This document shows positions 48,282-63,540 of a stretch of DNA of 64,000 nt, in pieces. This DNA comes from Mobula hypostoma (taxonomy: Eukaryota), in assembly GCF_963921235.1 (NCBI RefSeq), contig NC_086118.1, positions 28,460,001-28,524,000 on the forward strand. Direction: 5' to 3'. The stretch's first letter is position 1. Every line of letters starts with the position of its first letter. Made by a program: the position numbers and the translations under genes. The notes below the pieces were generated by a model. That model was not told where the DNA came from. It saw nothing but the letters and a program-made list of their open reading frames with translations, and did not search any database.

Positions 48282-51200
48282 GTGAGTAAAAGTTTGAAGT
48301 ATTTTACTGTTCAAGAACATGTAATCTTTTCCATAAATATACGCATGCCTCTTTTTTTTTTCCAGAGAAGGATTTACCACAGCTTTTCAGTATACTGTCT
48401 ACTCGAGTCACTCTCTATAGGTTAGCATTTTGGTGAATCTTGCATGATGTGTCAGATCAGATGGAGGTTGGGGATTAAGCAAGACTGTGACATCAGCTAT
48501 CGTCTTTGATTATGTTTGAATTTTCTTGTTCAACAGCATAGCAAAGTTTGTGCAAAATTCTTCTTATTCTTGTTTTTTTTAAAAAAAAGGACAATGCTGT
48601 TGTATCCATTGCACCCTTTAACAATGATATAACTTGTTTGAAAGACTTCTGATGTGTGACTGATATCAACAGCAGGTTACTGAAACATTGTGAGGAAGGT
48701 GCATGCTGTTTGATGCAAATATGTTGGAGTGAATTGCCAGTCTGGTTTTATTCAGTCCTGTTTTAAAATTGCTAGTTGCTGCCATTTAAAATTATTTGAA
48801 CTCAGGTGTAACTTGTTTCAATGCAGACAGATGAGTCTAGTTGTAACACTTTTATTAACCTGATTTTTGGAGAATTTTAGTAGTTTGGACATTCAAAGGT
48901 TACATTTTTCAGATTTGTAGATCATGTTTAGAGTATGTTTTTATTTTAACGATTACAAGAAATATTTGAGAAAATATTTAGCTATGAAATAGAGGAAATG
49001 TCAGATATCGTGCCTCAATCTGATCATTGCACTGTTCATGTTTGCTATCTATATATTGTGCTGTTTAGTGCTTTCCTCTCTAAACTCTGCTCTGCTACCT
49101 CTTCCTTTCTTTAAAAGTGACCTTCAGGCAAATCAGTTTTGTTGTCTCCCTTGCCTCTTTACATAGGTTTTTGTCAATTTTTGTGTGAAAATTTACACTA
49201 GTATATCCAAGAATATTTTGAAATGTTACATACATTATATCAATTAATACATTTATGATAATGTATTGTGGTGATTATAATACAATTAATTACACCGTAT
49301 TTGTCAGCTTCACCAAATACAACTTTTACAATGGATGTATAACGTAAAAACATTTCACTTTGCAGCTAATTAAGCAAACTGCTCCTCCATCATATTAGCT
49401 TTATAAAAACACAGACAGAATATTGTTTGATAATTAATAAATGCCAATTTAACACAGGATATGAAGAGAAAAACAATTTGCTGAATATCTCAATTTGCTA
49501 TACCACAACACCCACAACATTAACTGATTAGAAACTTCTTCCTGTGAAGCAGTCACATAAATTGCACTTGTTCATCCTTCATTTTATGAGAGGAAATTCA
49601 TCTGATGAAGGAAGTGATAACTATCATAAATTGACTGATTTATGAATTCCAAGTAAGTTCCATTCATTTCAGAGAGGAGGAGATTAATATGGGGGTTGGG
49701 GTAGAAATTACAAAGTGTGGTTTTGCTAAAGAAAAATTTTCAAGATATGCAGATGGAGCTGTCTGTATTGATCCTTTTGAAAGTATATGTCAGGAGCTGC
49801 TCAATTTTGGAATGTTGAATAATACAAGGTGGTCCGTATTTCTATTTCTTGTCATAGGTTCATGATTATAGCTTATGGTATCAAGAGTGAAATCTCTGTG
49901 TAAAGATTGGGTAAAACTTGTCTGGTTGCACTGGGCTATTTTGTCACATTGGTAAAAAAACAATGACACAGTTATTGACCAGGTTGCTTGAAGCTATATT
50001 CCACCACAATGCAATATGTAATGTTGTGGGAATTGTAAAGTACAGTGAGATAAAAATTTAGTGTTAAAACTCAGTTTAGAAATGTTAATGGTGGTGAGCT
50101 AAATATGGTTTTACTTCACATAGTGTTGAAATCCAGTCGTTCTTGATAACAAATGGGGGCAAGCATTTTGCACTTCTCCCAGTGTGACTTAATCTTGATC
50201 TCCCTGCATGGACAACTAAATTCTGGCTCATTACAGCATTTTTATTGATTTATTTTGTTCTAGCTGCAAGCAAATAAAATTCTCTTTGATGTACCTGATG
50301 GGCCGACACTGGTATCCAGTGCTACTTTGATTTCTCGCCTGCTTTTGCAGTAAAGTTAGGTTGACTCTTTATTACTTGTTGTCAGATCCTATCTTTAAAT
50401 CGTGCTCTATAAATGGGAATAAACATGACATTGTTTTGTGCAAAGTCTAATATTATCTGGCACTAAGATTCCCTAGGAAATAATGTTGGGTCTGGTGCAA
50501 TGAGAGTGTCCTCTGTGGTTGCAGGAGGTCTGGCTGAGCTGAAGGAGAATTGATCATGTTATGTCCAGCACATTGTTGTGTGCAAGTTCTTTACACTGAG
50601 GGTGGATTTCATTTCCAGTTTTGACTGACTTCACATTGAACTCCCTCTTATTTCGTTTCCCAACCTATCCCACCTAATGTTCCTCAGAAAATTAGATCAT
50701 AAAACATAATGCCTTTGTAAAGAAGGGAATAACTTCATCTGGTACCATAGTCAAATACATACAGCCCTAAAAGAATTGATGCAAAACCATATTGCATCCT
50801 GGCATGTTGTGAAATGGAATTCAGTAACTGAGTCATTTGTGGATGCTGCTGGTAGTAGAAAAGCACAAACATTGGAAGATATGTGTAGAAATAAACTTTT
50901 GGTAATACCGTCCTGGAGGTACAACCAGCCATTTCTGCCAATCAAGGCAGGATATGACTTCAAGCCCACTGTATGCAACTTGAACTACTCTTTCAAGACC
51001 ATAAAAAATAGGCAGTAAATATAGATTTCCACTATAACTATACTCCAGAAAACTATAACAATCTACATTTACTGTTGTAAACATAAGGTCATACTGCATG
51101 GAAATAGGCCTGTGTTAAACATTAAGCACCCACTAAGCCTGCACTAACCTGATTTGATTATCCCCATAATCCCCTCAACTCCCTTCTAGTTTCAGCCACT

Positions 51201-51659
51201 TACATACAAACTAGGGGTAATTTGCAGTGGTCAATTAACTTCAAGTTCAAGTTTATTGTCCTGTTTGCAAAGTATACAACCAATTGAAACAACATTCCTC
51301 TGGACCATGGTTTACCCACAATAAATATATCATACACAGCACATAAAACAAAATATTACCACAAATAAGTTAATAAGATATAATTCAAAATGCATGTGGA
51401 ATCCATACATGTTAACCTAGCAACCCACACATCTTTGAGATGCAAGAGGAGAACTGGAGCATCCAAAGAAAATTTGTGGGCACAGGAAAGAATATGCAGA
51501 CTCCACAGACAGTATCTGAGGTCAGGATAAAGCATAGATTGCTGGAGCTATGCCACAATACTGTCTCCCAAGAACAATCAACCAAGGTTATTAAATGCTA
51601 GTGCGTGTGAGAGATGATTATTTTTGGCACACAGAACATGTATTGCTTGGTTTGTTCTC

Positions 51660-52000
51660 TCTAGAGCAGCAAAGGTGGAAAAAGTCTATAAAATTCTGAG
51701 AGGCATAGATGCAGGAGATGGTAAGAATTTATTTCCCTTGGTAGGGATGCCTTAAACAGGAAGGTATTAGTACAAATTGAGATGTAGGAGACTCCCAAGT
51801 ACTGTGGGTGATTTTTTTTGGGATATCTGCAACACTCAACATGATGATGGTGGAGCCACGTGATTTCCCAATACTTAGAAAGCACCTAGACAAGCAAGTA
51901 AGGCTACAAAGCAAATGTAGGCAAATGAGAATGTATTGAATATCCCGTGGTTGGCAAGACTACAGTAGGCCAAAGGGCCTGCTTCTATGCTGCAGGATTC
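51660..52000 (+). mobile_element. Old CR1 3' fragment
   Basis: ttgttctctctagagcag...tataaaattctgagaggcatagat...gggcctgcttctatgctg resembles the CR1 3' ends elsewhere in this window. Confidence 0.5.
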
Positions 52001-53366
52001 TGACCTCATTTCTGAGCTACACAATTGAGCGAAGCATCAGGCAAAATCTTTGATAGTTCTGTTAATGGGGAGCACACTTGGACAAGAGAGTGGATATGAA
52101 AAGGTTTCCTATTTTCTGCTATTACTTTAGCAGAATGTTCTTTAATCAAAAGTATAATAACATTTGTTAGGTTTGCTGTGGAAATAATTTTAATCCACAC
52201 GTATGCTCATGAGTATCCACATATAAATTGATCTGTGCACCGCAGCAGGAGTGTGGTTGGTATAATCCCACTCTTTTGCACTAAGAGATCAACTTAGGCT
52301 TTCTCACTCACTGTGTTAATGTTGTTGGCAGTGATCGACAATGTACTTCTCATCAATTCCAGAACATCAGAGGTTACAAATTTAACCAATCAACAATGTG
52401 TCACATGAAACTCAGATTATTTGCCTAACAGACTAGACCTAGTAAAAATATTCTGGTAATGAGCAATTTTCATGATGCGTACCAACCCAAACATAATTGA
52501 GGGCCATGTGGTGATGCTTTTTGCCATTGAGATTCTTTTAAATTATAGAAGTCCATTTGTGCTTGTTTTATCAATTGTTGGGTTTTTTATCAATAGAGTT
52601 CAGATTTTGTGTCAATGCAAGTATTTTTTATTTATAGTACCTAAATATTTGTATTGTAAGGCTATTTGGTGGTGCAGTGCAAGGGTGGAATAATAGAATT
52701 CAGTCCTCTGAAACCAGCACTGCCCTAATTCTGGATGAGATGGAAGTGAGATGGCACCAACAACATTTTAAAGACACCTCACAAAACTACTAGATACTCT
52801 AGTAGATATTCATCTTCTGAACTGCGATCACTGCTGTCTTCATCTAGTAACTTCCCTTTAAAGGATGTTCTTTTGAACCTACCAAACAATCTTGCACTTT
52901 TCGATGTAGACTCTCAAAAGTGAATGTGTGGCCAGGGTAGCCATTGTTGGGGGTGGACGCTGCGTCAAGGCGTGATAGCGGTAAACGAACCCATAGTCGG
53001 CTCCATTGCTCCCTGCTGATTAAAGCATCGAGTGAGATTAAGATCATCCAGAAAGAGAAAACGAAAAGGTGGTTTGTACTGTCTGCTTGCGTTTGACCGG
53101 TGTCTTCCTTTCCTTTTGCTACTACCATTAGGTGGAGCGTGTAGAAGTGTTGGGTCCCATGCAGCCAGGTTTGGGAGCAGTTGCCATTTAGATCTCGGGC
53201 TCCTGGATAGGCTTCACTTGCCTCAGTGCTAAAATGGCTTCTTGGCTGTGGACTCACTTTCGGAGGACTCTGTAGTTCAAGTTCCATGTTTTTGTTTACA
53301 TTTGTTTTACTATGTGCACAATTTATCCTCTTTTGCAAATTGGATATGTGGCGACCTTGTGAGTGA

Positions 53367-53369
<3 letters not shown>

Positions 53370-53404
<35 letters not shown>
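53370..53404. repeat. (GT)n microsatellite within a LINE-tail-like element
   Basis: Directly visible dinucleotide run. Confidence 0.9.
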
Positions 53405-53407
<3 letters not shown>

Positions 53408-56400
53408 TAGTGAATTCTATTGTGTTTCTTTGTTTTGCGGCTGCCTGCAAGAAGATGATTCTCAAAGTTGTAAATGGTATACATATTTTGGTAATACATT
53501 TGAACTTTAAGGATCTTGCTGATATTTCTGACCTTGAGAGAGCATGTGAGCACATTATAAAAAACTCTGCATTTTAGAAGCCAAGATCATAATAGCTGGA
53601 ACTTAATAAGGGAGTTTAAATAATTAGCCATGTTGTAAATGTAATGAGGCTTTTTGGGAAGACATTTTCAGAGCACCTAACATAGTGTTGAATTGTCACA
53701 ATGCATGTGCCATGAAGTAGAAAAATCCTGTTTCTATGGTTTTAGAGAAAAGTGATGTTTCTGTTATTTTTCTTGTAAAAGATGACTCCTGAACTCTAGC
53801 TACAATGTGTGTGTGTGTGTATATGTATGGATATATAAACTAAAAAACAAGTTAAGTAGTGTGTTGATATTGGATTTGCTGACCTTAAGCCCTATCCAAT
53901 ATAAATAGCCACAAGTACCCTCACTAAGGTGAGCTTATACTGGATCCACCCAATGTTCAAAGGCCAGTTCACTTCCCTGTTTATCCTTCAGGGCAAGATT
54001 AGCTGTCTATGCCAACTACTTGAGTGGTGGGAATCTCTTCCTACCAAGAATAAAATACTTCCAGCTAGCAAACATAATTCATTTATTTTCAGTGATATTT
54101 GTTTAAGTATAAAGCACATTTAAAACACAGTGGATTTCTGTCTTAAAACATTTCCAAGTTACAAACCATTTCTAAAACCCAAGAGATTTCCAAAATACAT
54201 GAGCAATTGTTATAAGCTAAAAAGACGTACTTGCGAGCCGCAGCTGAACCAGTCATCCGTTGCAGAAATCGAAGACAGAGGAATAGATTCTAACTTACCC
54301 CTGTTCTGTTATGGTTTTTGACATTCTTGGGCTAGTCCTTAAAAAAAAGCCTAAACTGCTCTTGGTATTTATACTGTCTTTTTGCCACTTGGGTGACTTC
54401 ACACACAATGTGATACTTTTTCAGAAACCTCTTTAACACAAACGGTCTAAAAGCTTCTGAAGACAGAAATGTCATCTACCCCACCCCCCCCACCATTTAA
54501 TGCCATGAAGCTGACTTAATGAGTATATCATTCATTATCCTTACGTACCATGTCATATGACGTGTGTGATCATGGTCTATCCATGTCTGTGATTGGTCTT
54601 GGCAAATTTTTCTACAGAAGTTTCCAATGCCACTTTCTGGGCAGTGTCCTTACAAGGTGGGTGACCCCAGCCGTGATCAATACTCTTCAGAGATTGTTTG
54701 CCTGGCGTCAGTAGTAACATAACCAGGTCTTGTGATATGCACCAGATGCTCCCATGGCTTCACGTGACCCTGATCAGGGGCTAAGCAGGTACTACCCCTT
54801 GCCCAGTGGTGGCCTGCAGGCTAGCGGAGAGAAGGAGTGCCATACACCTCCTTTGGTAGAGATGTATCTCTGGTATGCCACCCATAGACCAGCCATTGAA
54901 TGCTGAGTGATATTATCTATCTGGTCTGCAAGTTTTCTTGAACTAAACAATTTAGCCAAGTGTTGCTTGCTTGAAAAAGGCCAAATTACATAACCCACTG
55001 TTTTATACTACAACTCTTGAGAAGTCATTCAGGGTGCTGTGATCCAACCATCTGCTATAGACAGTGTGTTTGTTAGCAAAGCTGTATTTTAACTTCAAAC
55101 TAATTATGGCTTTACATTAAGACTGACTCCCGTTTATGACCACCAGCTAAGCAAAGAATATTGGTTGGGAGTTTAACTCATTTAAAAACAGCTGTTTGAA
55201 CTTTACCAGTGTCAGCGGCTGTGTTTAGAAAGCTGAGCTTGGCAAAAAACTAAGGGCCCCTTGACTCTGGACAGTGATTATCTATCGCAATCAGATACAT
55301 CTATTGCTGTTATTTAGTAAAGGGAATTCAATTGACCAAAATGCATTTTCTTGTCTAAACCAACATCCATTTGTGGTAAGTAAGTACAACAACATAGTCT
55401 CTTCTTGCTAATATTTATTTAAGTGCACTATGAAACTATAATGTAAGAACTTGCTCTTTAAGTTAAAAATGTATTAAGTGATTAAGATTACTTCTTAAAA
55501 GCAGTCTGAGTACTTAACTTCTATAAGGCATAATACAATTATTTTATTTATCTAGAAAATGCTACAGCCAGAATTGAGTGTTCACTGTTTCCTCCCTCTT
55601 ACATCTGCTTTATATAAGCCACCAAATGAATGAAGAATTGATCATTGAGACAAGTAGGTGGAATATCTCAAGTTACTACTAGAAACATCTGTAATAATAT
55701 GTTTGATCATAAATGAATTTCAGTACAATTGACCGTAAAAGACAATAGCACCTACTATGATCCAGAACTACAATGATCCAATGTGGTAAGTGTTAAATTT
55801 GACCTCTGGACATTTCAGGAACAAGAGAAACTTAGTCAGCCCTGGCCTCCAGTTAAACTGTTCAAAGGATGGCGACTCGCTTGAAGATTTAAATAGACTC
55901 TATGTTATTCTGTAAATCAATCATCATTGTCAAAATCACTGCACATTTTCCTTTTAAAATAAGCCTAGGTTTGTACAAAAGCAGCCAAATCACTTTTGTG
56001 TAGATCACAGTAAACCTTGACATTTCCCTGACATTTCTTCCTCTAAGTTCATTGCATTTGATTTTAATTTAAACCCTCTGTCACTTACTTTGTTGTGCAT
56101 TTTCAATTAGTTAACTTCATCAAAGCTGTATAAATTGTTTTTTTAATTCCCTATAGACCAGTAAGAAGATTTAATATCCATGTGTTTTGCATTTTATGAA
56201 CCTCCATAGCCTGTTCTTATAACTTGGCTAAAGTAGGAAGATTATTTTCCAAATTTCTGCCCAACAAATGTAAAAATAACATCATCTTTTCCTTGGCTGC
56301 TGGATTTCATTCCTCTTCTCTCTGCAGATTAAACCTGTAAGTCTTAAAGCTGTAACCACATGTTAATAAAAAAGTTTCACTCAGTCCAACACATGATAAT

Positions 56401-59400
56401 GCAGACAATTGGAAGCTATGTCTTTCTTTTGGATTATTCATTTGAAGAAAATTTTTTTTATTAATATTGAACTTATTACTGGAATACTCGTAAAGCAGGA
56501 AGTACTTGAAGTAATGAGTTCACCAGCTGAGGAGTGTAAGCTTGAGAGATGGGTCTTTAAAGTGGCCTCTTTTCCCTGGTTAGAGAAGGTAGACTATAGT
56601 AAATGACTTCAGATACAATGGGCATCAGGACAGGGTAGCTCAGATCTGATATTATGAAGGAAAAACCAGGAGTGGACAATGCTATATACAAAGCAACAGG
56701 TAGACTACAGAAGAACATCAGGATTTATTTAAGAAGTGGTCCTCAACAAGTAACATGCAGATGGTGTTGTGCATAAAACACAAGGATAAGATTGAAGGAC
56801 ATTCTTCATCTAAACCTTAACTCCTGATGTCTTGTTTGTTGTTAGTACGGTGAGCTTATGTGATGTAAACATAGATTGATGGTATAACATGATGTGTTTC
56901 TGCAATATTCAGGAATTGGTGTGGAACCATGCCTTTCATAATTGAGCTTCACAACAATGAGAAAGGTTTTCTTTCTCTCATTTTGTTTTTGTGGATTTCT
57001 ACTGGTTGCTTTTTTTCCTGAAACCAATAACATAAAATGTTTAAGCCAGCCTTTTTCAAACATTTCCTTTATGCTCTGTCAAAATACACGCATATTTGCA
57101 GTTTTATTGCTGGCTCAGCACTCATAAAATGCAAGCAGCACTCATCCCTGAATCAGAAGGTCCCTGAATCTATACTCCCATGTGTTACTGAGGGAAGTCC
57201 TGTATTAAATAAGGGCCTACATTTGTTTTCACAGAAGGAGGTAAAAGATTCTTGCAATATATTGGAGAAAATATATCTGTGCTGGTTTTCTAAGCAGAAA
57301 TAGATTACAATACATGCTTATGTACACCACTTGCATTGTTTATACGCATTTCTTAAAGGAGAGCTTACTCATTGAGCACTTCCTGTCATGATTTTCATGA
57401 CACTGGTGTCATTTCCTGTTTGTTTTGTTTAAGGAAGTCTTTGAAGTTTGAAAATCATCACCTATAATTTTTAATTCTTTAAGACTCTATTGTTCTTAGT
57501 CCATGGCACACTTTGGGGCTCTTTTGAACTAACAATACTAATTTCCCAGATCACTTGATCTGGGGCCCTGATGCTGTTGTTGGGTCCAACAGTTTCAGAG
57601 CATCTGTGGCACTGGGCACAATCAGGCTGCTACGTTCTCAGGGTTGGTCTCTGCTAGATATTCTCTTTGCTGTGAGAACATCAGTTTAACAGCATTGGCC
57701 TAATTCCCTGTGGGTCAGCTTGAAAGTACTGTTAACTGCTGTTTGCCTAGCAAGCTGCAATGTGTGCAAAATGTGCAAGTTGGATTTAATCTTTCTTAAA
57801 GCAAGTATGTCCAAGTTCAAGATGTTATTAGATGACTTTCAATTTGCTGTTAGGATTTGACTTAACACTCTTTTCACGAAGTCCCATTTCAAGCTCACGT
57901 GGCATAATCGCAAAGAGGAGACGAGGCAGTAATCTGTCCAGGCCGATATCTACCCCTCAGTTGATTTTTTTTTAATAAGTTAGATATCCTGAGCTCTGTC
58001 ACATTGCTGTTCATGGAACTAGTTGTGCAGAAATTATTTCCATATTTTCTACACTTCACAGTCGAAGTACTTCATTTTGGGAAGTGTTCTGATTGGTAAG
58101 TTAAAGGACTGCATATATGCGTGTATGCATGCAAAACTAGCTTTCTCTTTGCAGGTCCCCATAATTTAGTGGTTGTCATAGTTATACAGCCATGATTGAG
58201 ATAATACTTATTATGTAAAATAGTTTATAATAAGCTTAAGAAGTATATAAATGGGAAATGCAATCTGAACGGATTCCATGTATAACTGAAAGTAGAAATG
58301 TACATACTCAATATTTAAGTGCTTTTTTAATTGGGCAACTGCCTTTCTTCAGTGATGTGGCCAAAATCACAAAGTCCAGGAGATGGTTCTCCAGAAAACC
58401 CAAATGGCTCCCTTGAGGAGCATTTCGACAACTCGGCAGAGCTGCCGTCTCCTCACTGCTAGCATTTAGAAGCCAGATGGAAACCCCCTTATGGTAATAC
58501 CACAACTGACAGTAGTTTGGTCCAACCACATCATTCAGGAAGGCAAATCATAAAGTGGGGTAGTGTTCAATTTCAAACCAATGTCTGCTGAATACCATAA
58601 AGGGAAAGGAATGAAAAGCCAAAGGAAGAAGATTGGGGAGCCAAAAGTGATCTAATACTTGCAGGGAACAGAATTTCCAGATTTTTGGCAGCATTAATAT
58701 CTTTTCCTTGGAAAGTAGTTCTTCTTGCAACATTACTTTTCACTTTGAAAAATCACTTTAACTGTAGTTTTGTGCTTTGATTAGCTGTCAGTGATATACT
58801 TGTTTACCAAACCTTTGTAATAGTAGAACTGTTTAGGATCTCTGATGTATATTTTGCTATCTCTATCAATTATTGGTCTTCAGATTTGGCTTCTACCTAA
58901 TCACCTCTTGATATTTTTTAAAATTTTAATTCTTCTTAAATGATGTACAGACCATGGCTGAATCATTTTTTAAGCCTGCTGTCACATCAAGTGGTGATCG
59001 TGAATGGTAATTCGTTTTGACTCTAACCCTGCCTCAGTAAATCTGCTGCTGGAATTCTTTTATCTCTTCCTTTTATTCCTAGGCTTGGCTGAGGTGGTCC
59101 ATGCTTTTCTAGCAAACCTCCTAATGTTGATCCTACTTAATCCTTTGGTAATCCTAAACTTTGTCACCCATCAACTCTCAGTGTACTGTTCTCTGTGGGC
59201 TTCTTGCCTGCAGATGCCTTAACTTTAAGCACTTTGTTTTCAGTTGCCTCCAAGGCCTAGATGCACCACTCCCACCATATTCCACCTAAACAATCTCTCT
59301 GACCTTCTACCTCAGAAATTGGCACTAATATGGTGCAGTGCACCAAGCACTGGTTCTCACTGCTATAGGGAAAAAATACCATACAAGTAAAATTAAAAAC

Positions 59401-59885
59401 ACATCCCTACCCCAAGACCTCTAGCCCAGTGTTCCTGAATATACAACATTAGTCTGTTCCAGGATCTTGACCTAGTTGGAAACTCTTAAGTCTATAATAA
59501 TATTTCTTTAAGAATAATATATATTTGCTCAAGTTCTACCGTTTTAACCAATTCAGCTGAGAAAATATTTGATTTCATAATTTTTAAGAATATTTACTAT
59601 CCCTATGTGCTGCATAAATGTTCTTGTAGTCAGTCTGCTGTAGATCGCCAGAAGCTAGAATCAGGTATTTCCAATATAAATGTACTTCTAAACTTCATAG
59701 TGGCATATCACCCATTTTACTCTTTGCATTTTGCTTATCTCATGGTTTCTATTTTTTCTGTACTTTATTGCTCTGTATTAGAATTTAAGTCAAATTATTC
59801 ACCAGCCTAGTTATGCTAAACACACCTGTAGCTTATAGTCTTTTAGAAATGTATAAAATAGTCATTGAAGTATAATATCATACAC

Positions 59886-59996
59886 GAATGTGTGTATGAT
59901 ACAAGATGTGTGTAACATACAAAATGTTGACTGTTTATTCATTTCTGTAGATGCTGCCTGACCTGCTTAGTTCCATCAGCGTTTTGTGTGTGTTGC
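59886..59996 (+). mobile_element. Short degraded Penelope pLTR fragment
   Basis: tagatgctgcctgacctgct...gtgtgtgttgc matches the pLTR end at 36250-36302; atcatacac duplicated at 59877-59885 and 59997-60005. Confidence 0.55.
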
Positions 59997-62900
59997 ATCA
60001 TACACTGTACCTCATAAAGCTTGTGATAATAATTTAACAGCATGTAAAGGTTTGATTTGCAGTGTAGGTACTATAAATCATATAGTGGTTATTGCATACC
60101 ATTGACTAAATACTTTGTGAGTTGCGACCTCAAAGGTGGTCAAAGCAATAGAGGGAAAATTTACCTCCGTATCACCCTTGACACCTCTAATGTTTGTTAT
60201 ATACAAAGTATTATAGCCAAGACATAGTGTTTTGACATTACAGTATGATCAGATACCTATTTTGCTGACAATTCAGAGGATAGAAAATCTATAGAGTTTG
60301 AACTTTGAAGATAGTTGATTTGAGCAGATCAGATGAAATGAAAGAACATTTTCCAGCTATTTGGTCTTTTGTAATTCTATGCTTTATTCCCAAATTAATT
60401 TTTTAACTTGTTATCTTTTTTAACTATCAAATCCTTCAAATACACTAAAATACTTAGATAAGATATCCAGCTGTTGTCCAATACTCCACATGTCTGCTAA
60501 GCCAGCATTGTCTCTTGTAAATCCACATAGCACGTGGAGACACAAATGTTTCTTCAGTGTTACTAGCTTAAAAGGACGTCTAATATACTTCAAGCCTAAA
60601 AACTAAATGTGATGCTATGAAGATCACAGTTGCAGGAGCAAAATGTCAGACTTTAGGGCTCTGTGTTCCAGAGCAGCCTTTCATGTGCTTTGTCGGGTAG
60701 TGCATTTGGTTGAATACTTCTGCTGTTGATTATGACACCCAGGGAATGGTCAAGGTTACCATGGAAACATATGTCTGAGATCTGCAGTACTGGGAAGCTT
60801 TGTAGATAATATGGATATAAAGCTTGTCTTTATTATGTAACCATTTAGCCACTTTTATCAATGTGTTGTACTTCAAGATTTCTGAAAATGAACTGTATTT
60901 ATGTTGTATGTTTATTAATCTACTAATTGCACATAAAGAGATCAAAAGTATCATGCAGTCAAACTTCCTCCAATCTTCAAAATGAGAGAAGTTTGAGTAA
61001 GAATTCTTACTTGGATCTTTATTTGGGGCAGAATGTCCTACTCCTTTTTTTATGCCTTATGTATTTTTTTTGAAGTAGAATCTATTTTAAGCCACATTAA
61101 CGAGAAATATCTTGTAATACTGGAGCAGGTCGTCTGCTTGGAAATGATTGGCCATCTACCCTTGGCCACTCTTGCTCCAGTGTGGCCCTTGTGCAGACTT
61201 CATGGGAATCCTAGCTTCCTGCACTGTGGCGTGATAGCTAGGTGTTTGGCACTAAAGGCAATGAAACACTGTGTATTTTTGTTCCTACTCAAAACTGCTT
61301 GATCTTCAAATCCTGTATTTCACATTTCTATTTATAAACTGCTTTTTGCTACCTACAGCCAAGAGTGCCTTTTGGAATAGAAGATAGGTTGGAAGTGTCA
61401 AATAACAACACAGTTTGTCTGCAAACCTGCTAATTATCAGAGAGTATTATTAATAACATCTGTGAGATCAGGTTATTTGCAAAGTGACAGCTAGCACGAT
61501 AATTTGTACTATTACAAAGACAGCACAGAAGGTGAGGTGCTGCCCTCTCCAGTCTTGCCTCCTGTCAAAGGCTACTCTGCTGTAAATCTCAAACCCGCAA
61601 CCACTCTTGCCACCGGTGCAGTGCTCCCTCTCTTCTTCCCCATGCATTCCAGGCTGTATGTGTTCTTGTTCAAGCTAACTCTAGTAACTGAAAGGTCAAG
61701 TTTTAGAAAATTCTTGTTGCATTCAATCATTCTTTGTTGGGATTTTAAAAGGGATGCCCTTTTAAATATGGCGCATCAGTGTTTATTACAAAGTCACATG
61801 GCAGCAATTTACAAAAATCGTAGTTAGGTTAATTGCTAAATTTCCATAGCCCTGTATGGCATTGAACCATTTGAAATGATCCTCTCACTGGGATTTAGTT
61901 GGAAGTCCATGACTTTACATTATTCGTGCCAAGAAAAGCTTTTTTGTTAAAGCTGTGGATATGAATACCAGTCAATCTTCTCTATCATGGGGTATTGGTG
62001 AAGAAGTAACTTTTGGTCAAGCCCACAGGCTTTAAGGATGTTAAAATATTTACCTGAGGTAATTTTCAGAACCTCAATTCAACTTGAATAAAAATTTCAC
62101 ACCATTTTCTGCCAAACCTGCACTGAATCAAGAGTGTTTGGATTATGAACTGGTACTGGGTTCAGAATATTCAACTTGCTGTGAGAGTGCTACAAAATGA
62201 ACTAATTTAGCAATAAAGTCAATCTGCATTTGGCTCTCTTGAGCTTTTGTGTTGATGTAAATGGCATCAGTATTCTGTACTCCATTACCTAGGACAGGGG
62301 AAGAAAGCTGGAGGGCATTGAACAGTACTAACTATTTCCTCAATGAATTATTCTCATGGGTGAATTAAAGGATATGTTTACTTCTAGTTAAATATATATT
62401 CATGTGGGTGTGAGAAGCAACTGATTTTGTTTTTCATTTGTTTACAGAGGTCTTATCTTTTTAGTGTATGATAAGGATCCCATAAGAATAAACTTTAAAT
62501 TTAGAGTCTGGCCAAACTTCTCGTAAAATAAACTTTTTGGGATATATTTTTGGTAGCCTGTATTCAACGTGGAATAATTTTTAACAAACTTGCGATTTGA
62601 TGTCTTGGAGAAAATAGTAAAGTTGAAGTATAACGTAATTCAGTTTAATTAAAAGATTATTTGTATCAGCAGAGTGGAAATGATTAAAGATCTGAATAGT
62701 GCTTTTGCTGCATTTTCTGGTTTGATGGCACATGGAAAACCAGTTATTGTAATAAAATTCTTATTTCAATATTTTTAATGAAAATTTTGCAGATTGTCTC
62801 CAGACCTCCTCAGAGACTTGAATACCTGTTAGCATTATCAACATTCCACAATTTCTTTCTGTTCTGTAGAGAAAATGATTGGGGAGTAGTTCTCTGAAAT

Positions 62901-63009
62901 TTAGTTTAGTACTGTAGTTCAAGTTCAAGTTCCAGACTGTTAACATTTGTGAAGATCTATCTTTGGTCTATCCTATTGATGCAATTACGAAGAGGGCAAG
63001 ACAGCAGCT

Positions 63010-63540
63010 ATATTTGATAGGGAATTTGAGAAGATTTGATATGTACTAAAGACTCTAACAGCTTTCTACAGATGTACTGTGGAGAGTGTTCTGACTTGTT
63101 GCATACTATGGAGTGCCACTGCACAGGACTGGTGAAAGCTGCAGAGGGTTGTAAGCTCATTATGGGCACTAGCCTCCCCACCAGCGAGGACATCTTCAAA
63201 AGATGATGCCTCAGAAAGGTGGCATCCATCATTAAGGACTCTACCTGCCAAGACATGCCCTGTTCTCATTACTACCATCAGAGATGGAGGTACAGGAACC
63301 TGAAGGCACACACTCAGTGTTTTAGGAATAGCTTCTTCCCCTTCAGTATAGGCATCGAATAGACAATGAACCAGCCCATGAACACTACCCACTATTTTAT
63401 TGCTCACTTTTTGTACTAATTACTTTCTTTTAGTAATTCTTATTATAATTTATAATGTATTTTATATATTACTCTGTACTCCTGCAAAATAACGCATTTT
63501 GCAACATACATCAGTGATCATAAACCTGATTCCGATTCAA
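63010..63540 (+). mobile_element. Rex/Babar-type LINE 3' fragment
   Basis: Same 3' region as 29600-30162 (FYRCTVESVLT..., taaacctgattccgattc tail). Confidence 0.7.

Noticed and set aside
47603..48289. 228-aa ORF as a stand-alone gene
   Set aside because: The first ten codons are the intronic polypyrimidine tract (GTG start) and the end runs through a GTGAGT donor. It is an internal SEPT9 exon.
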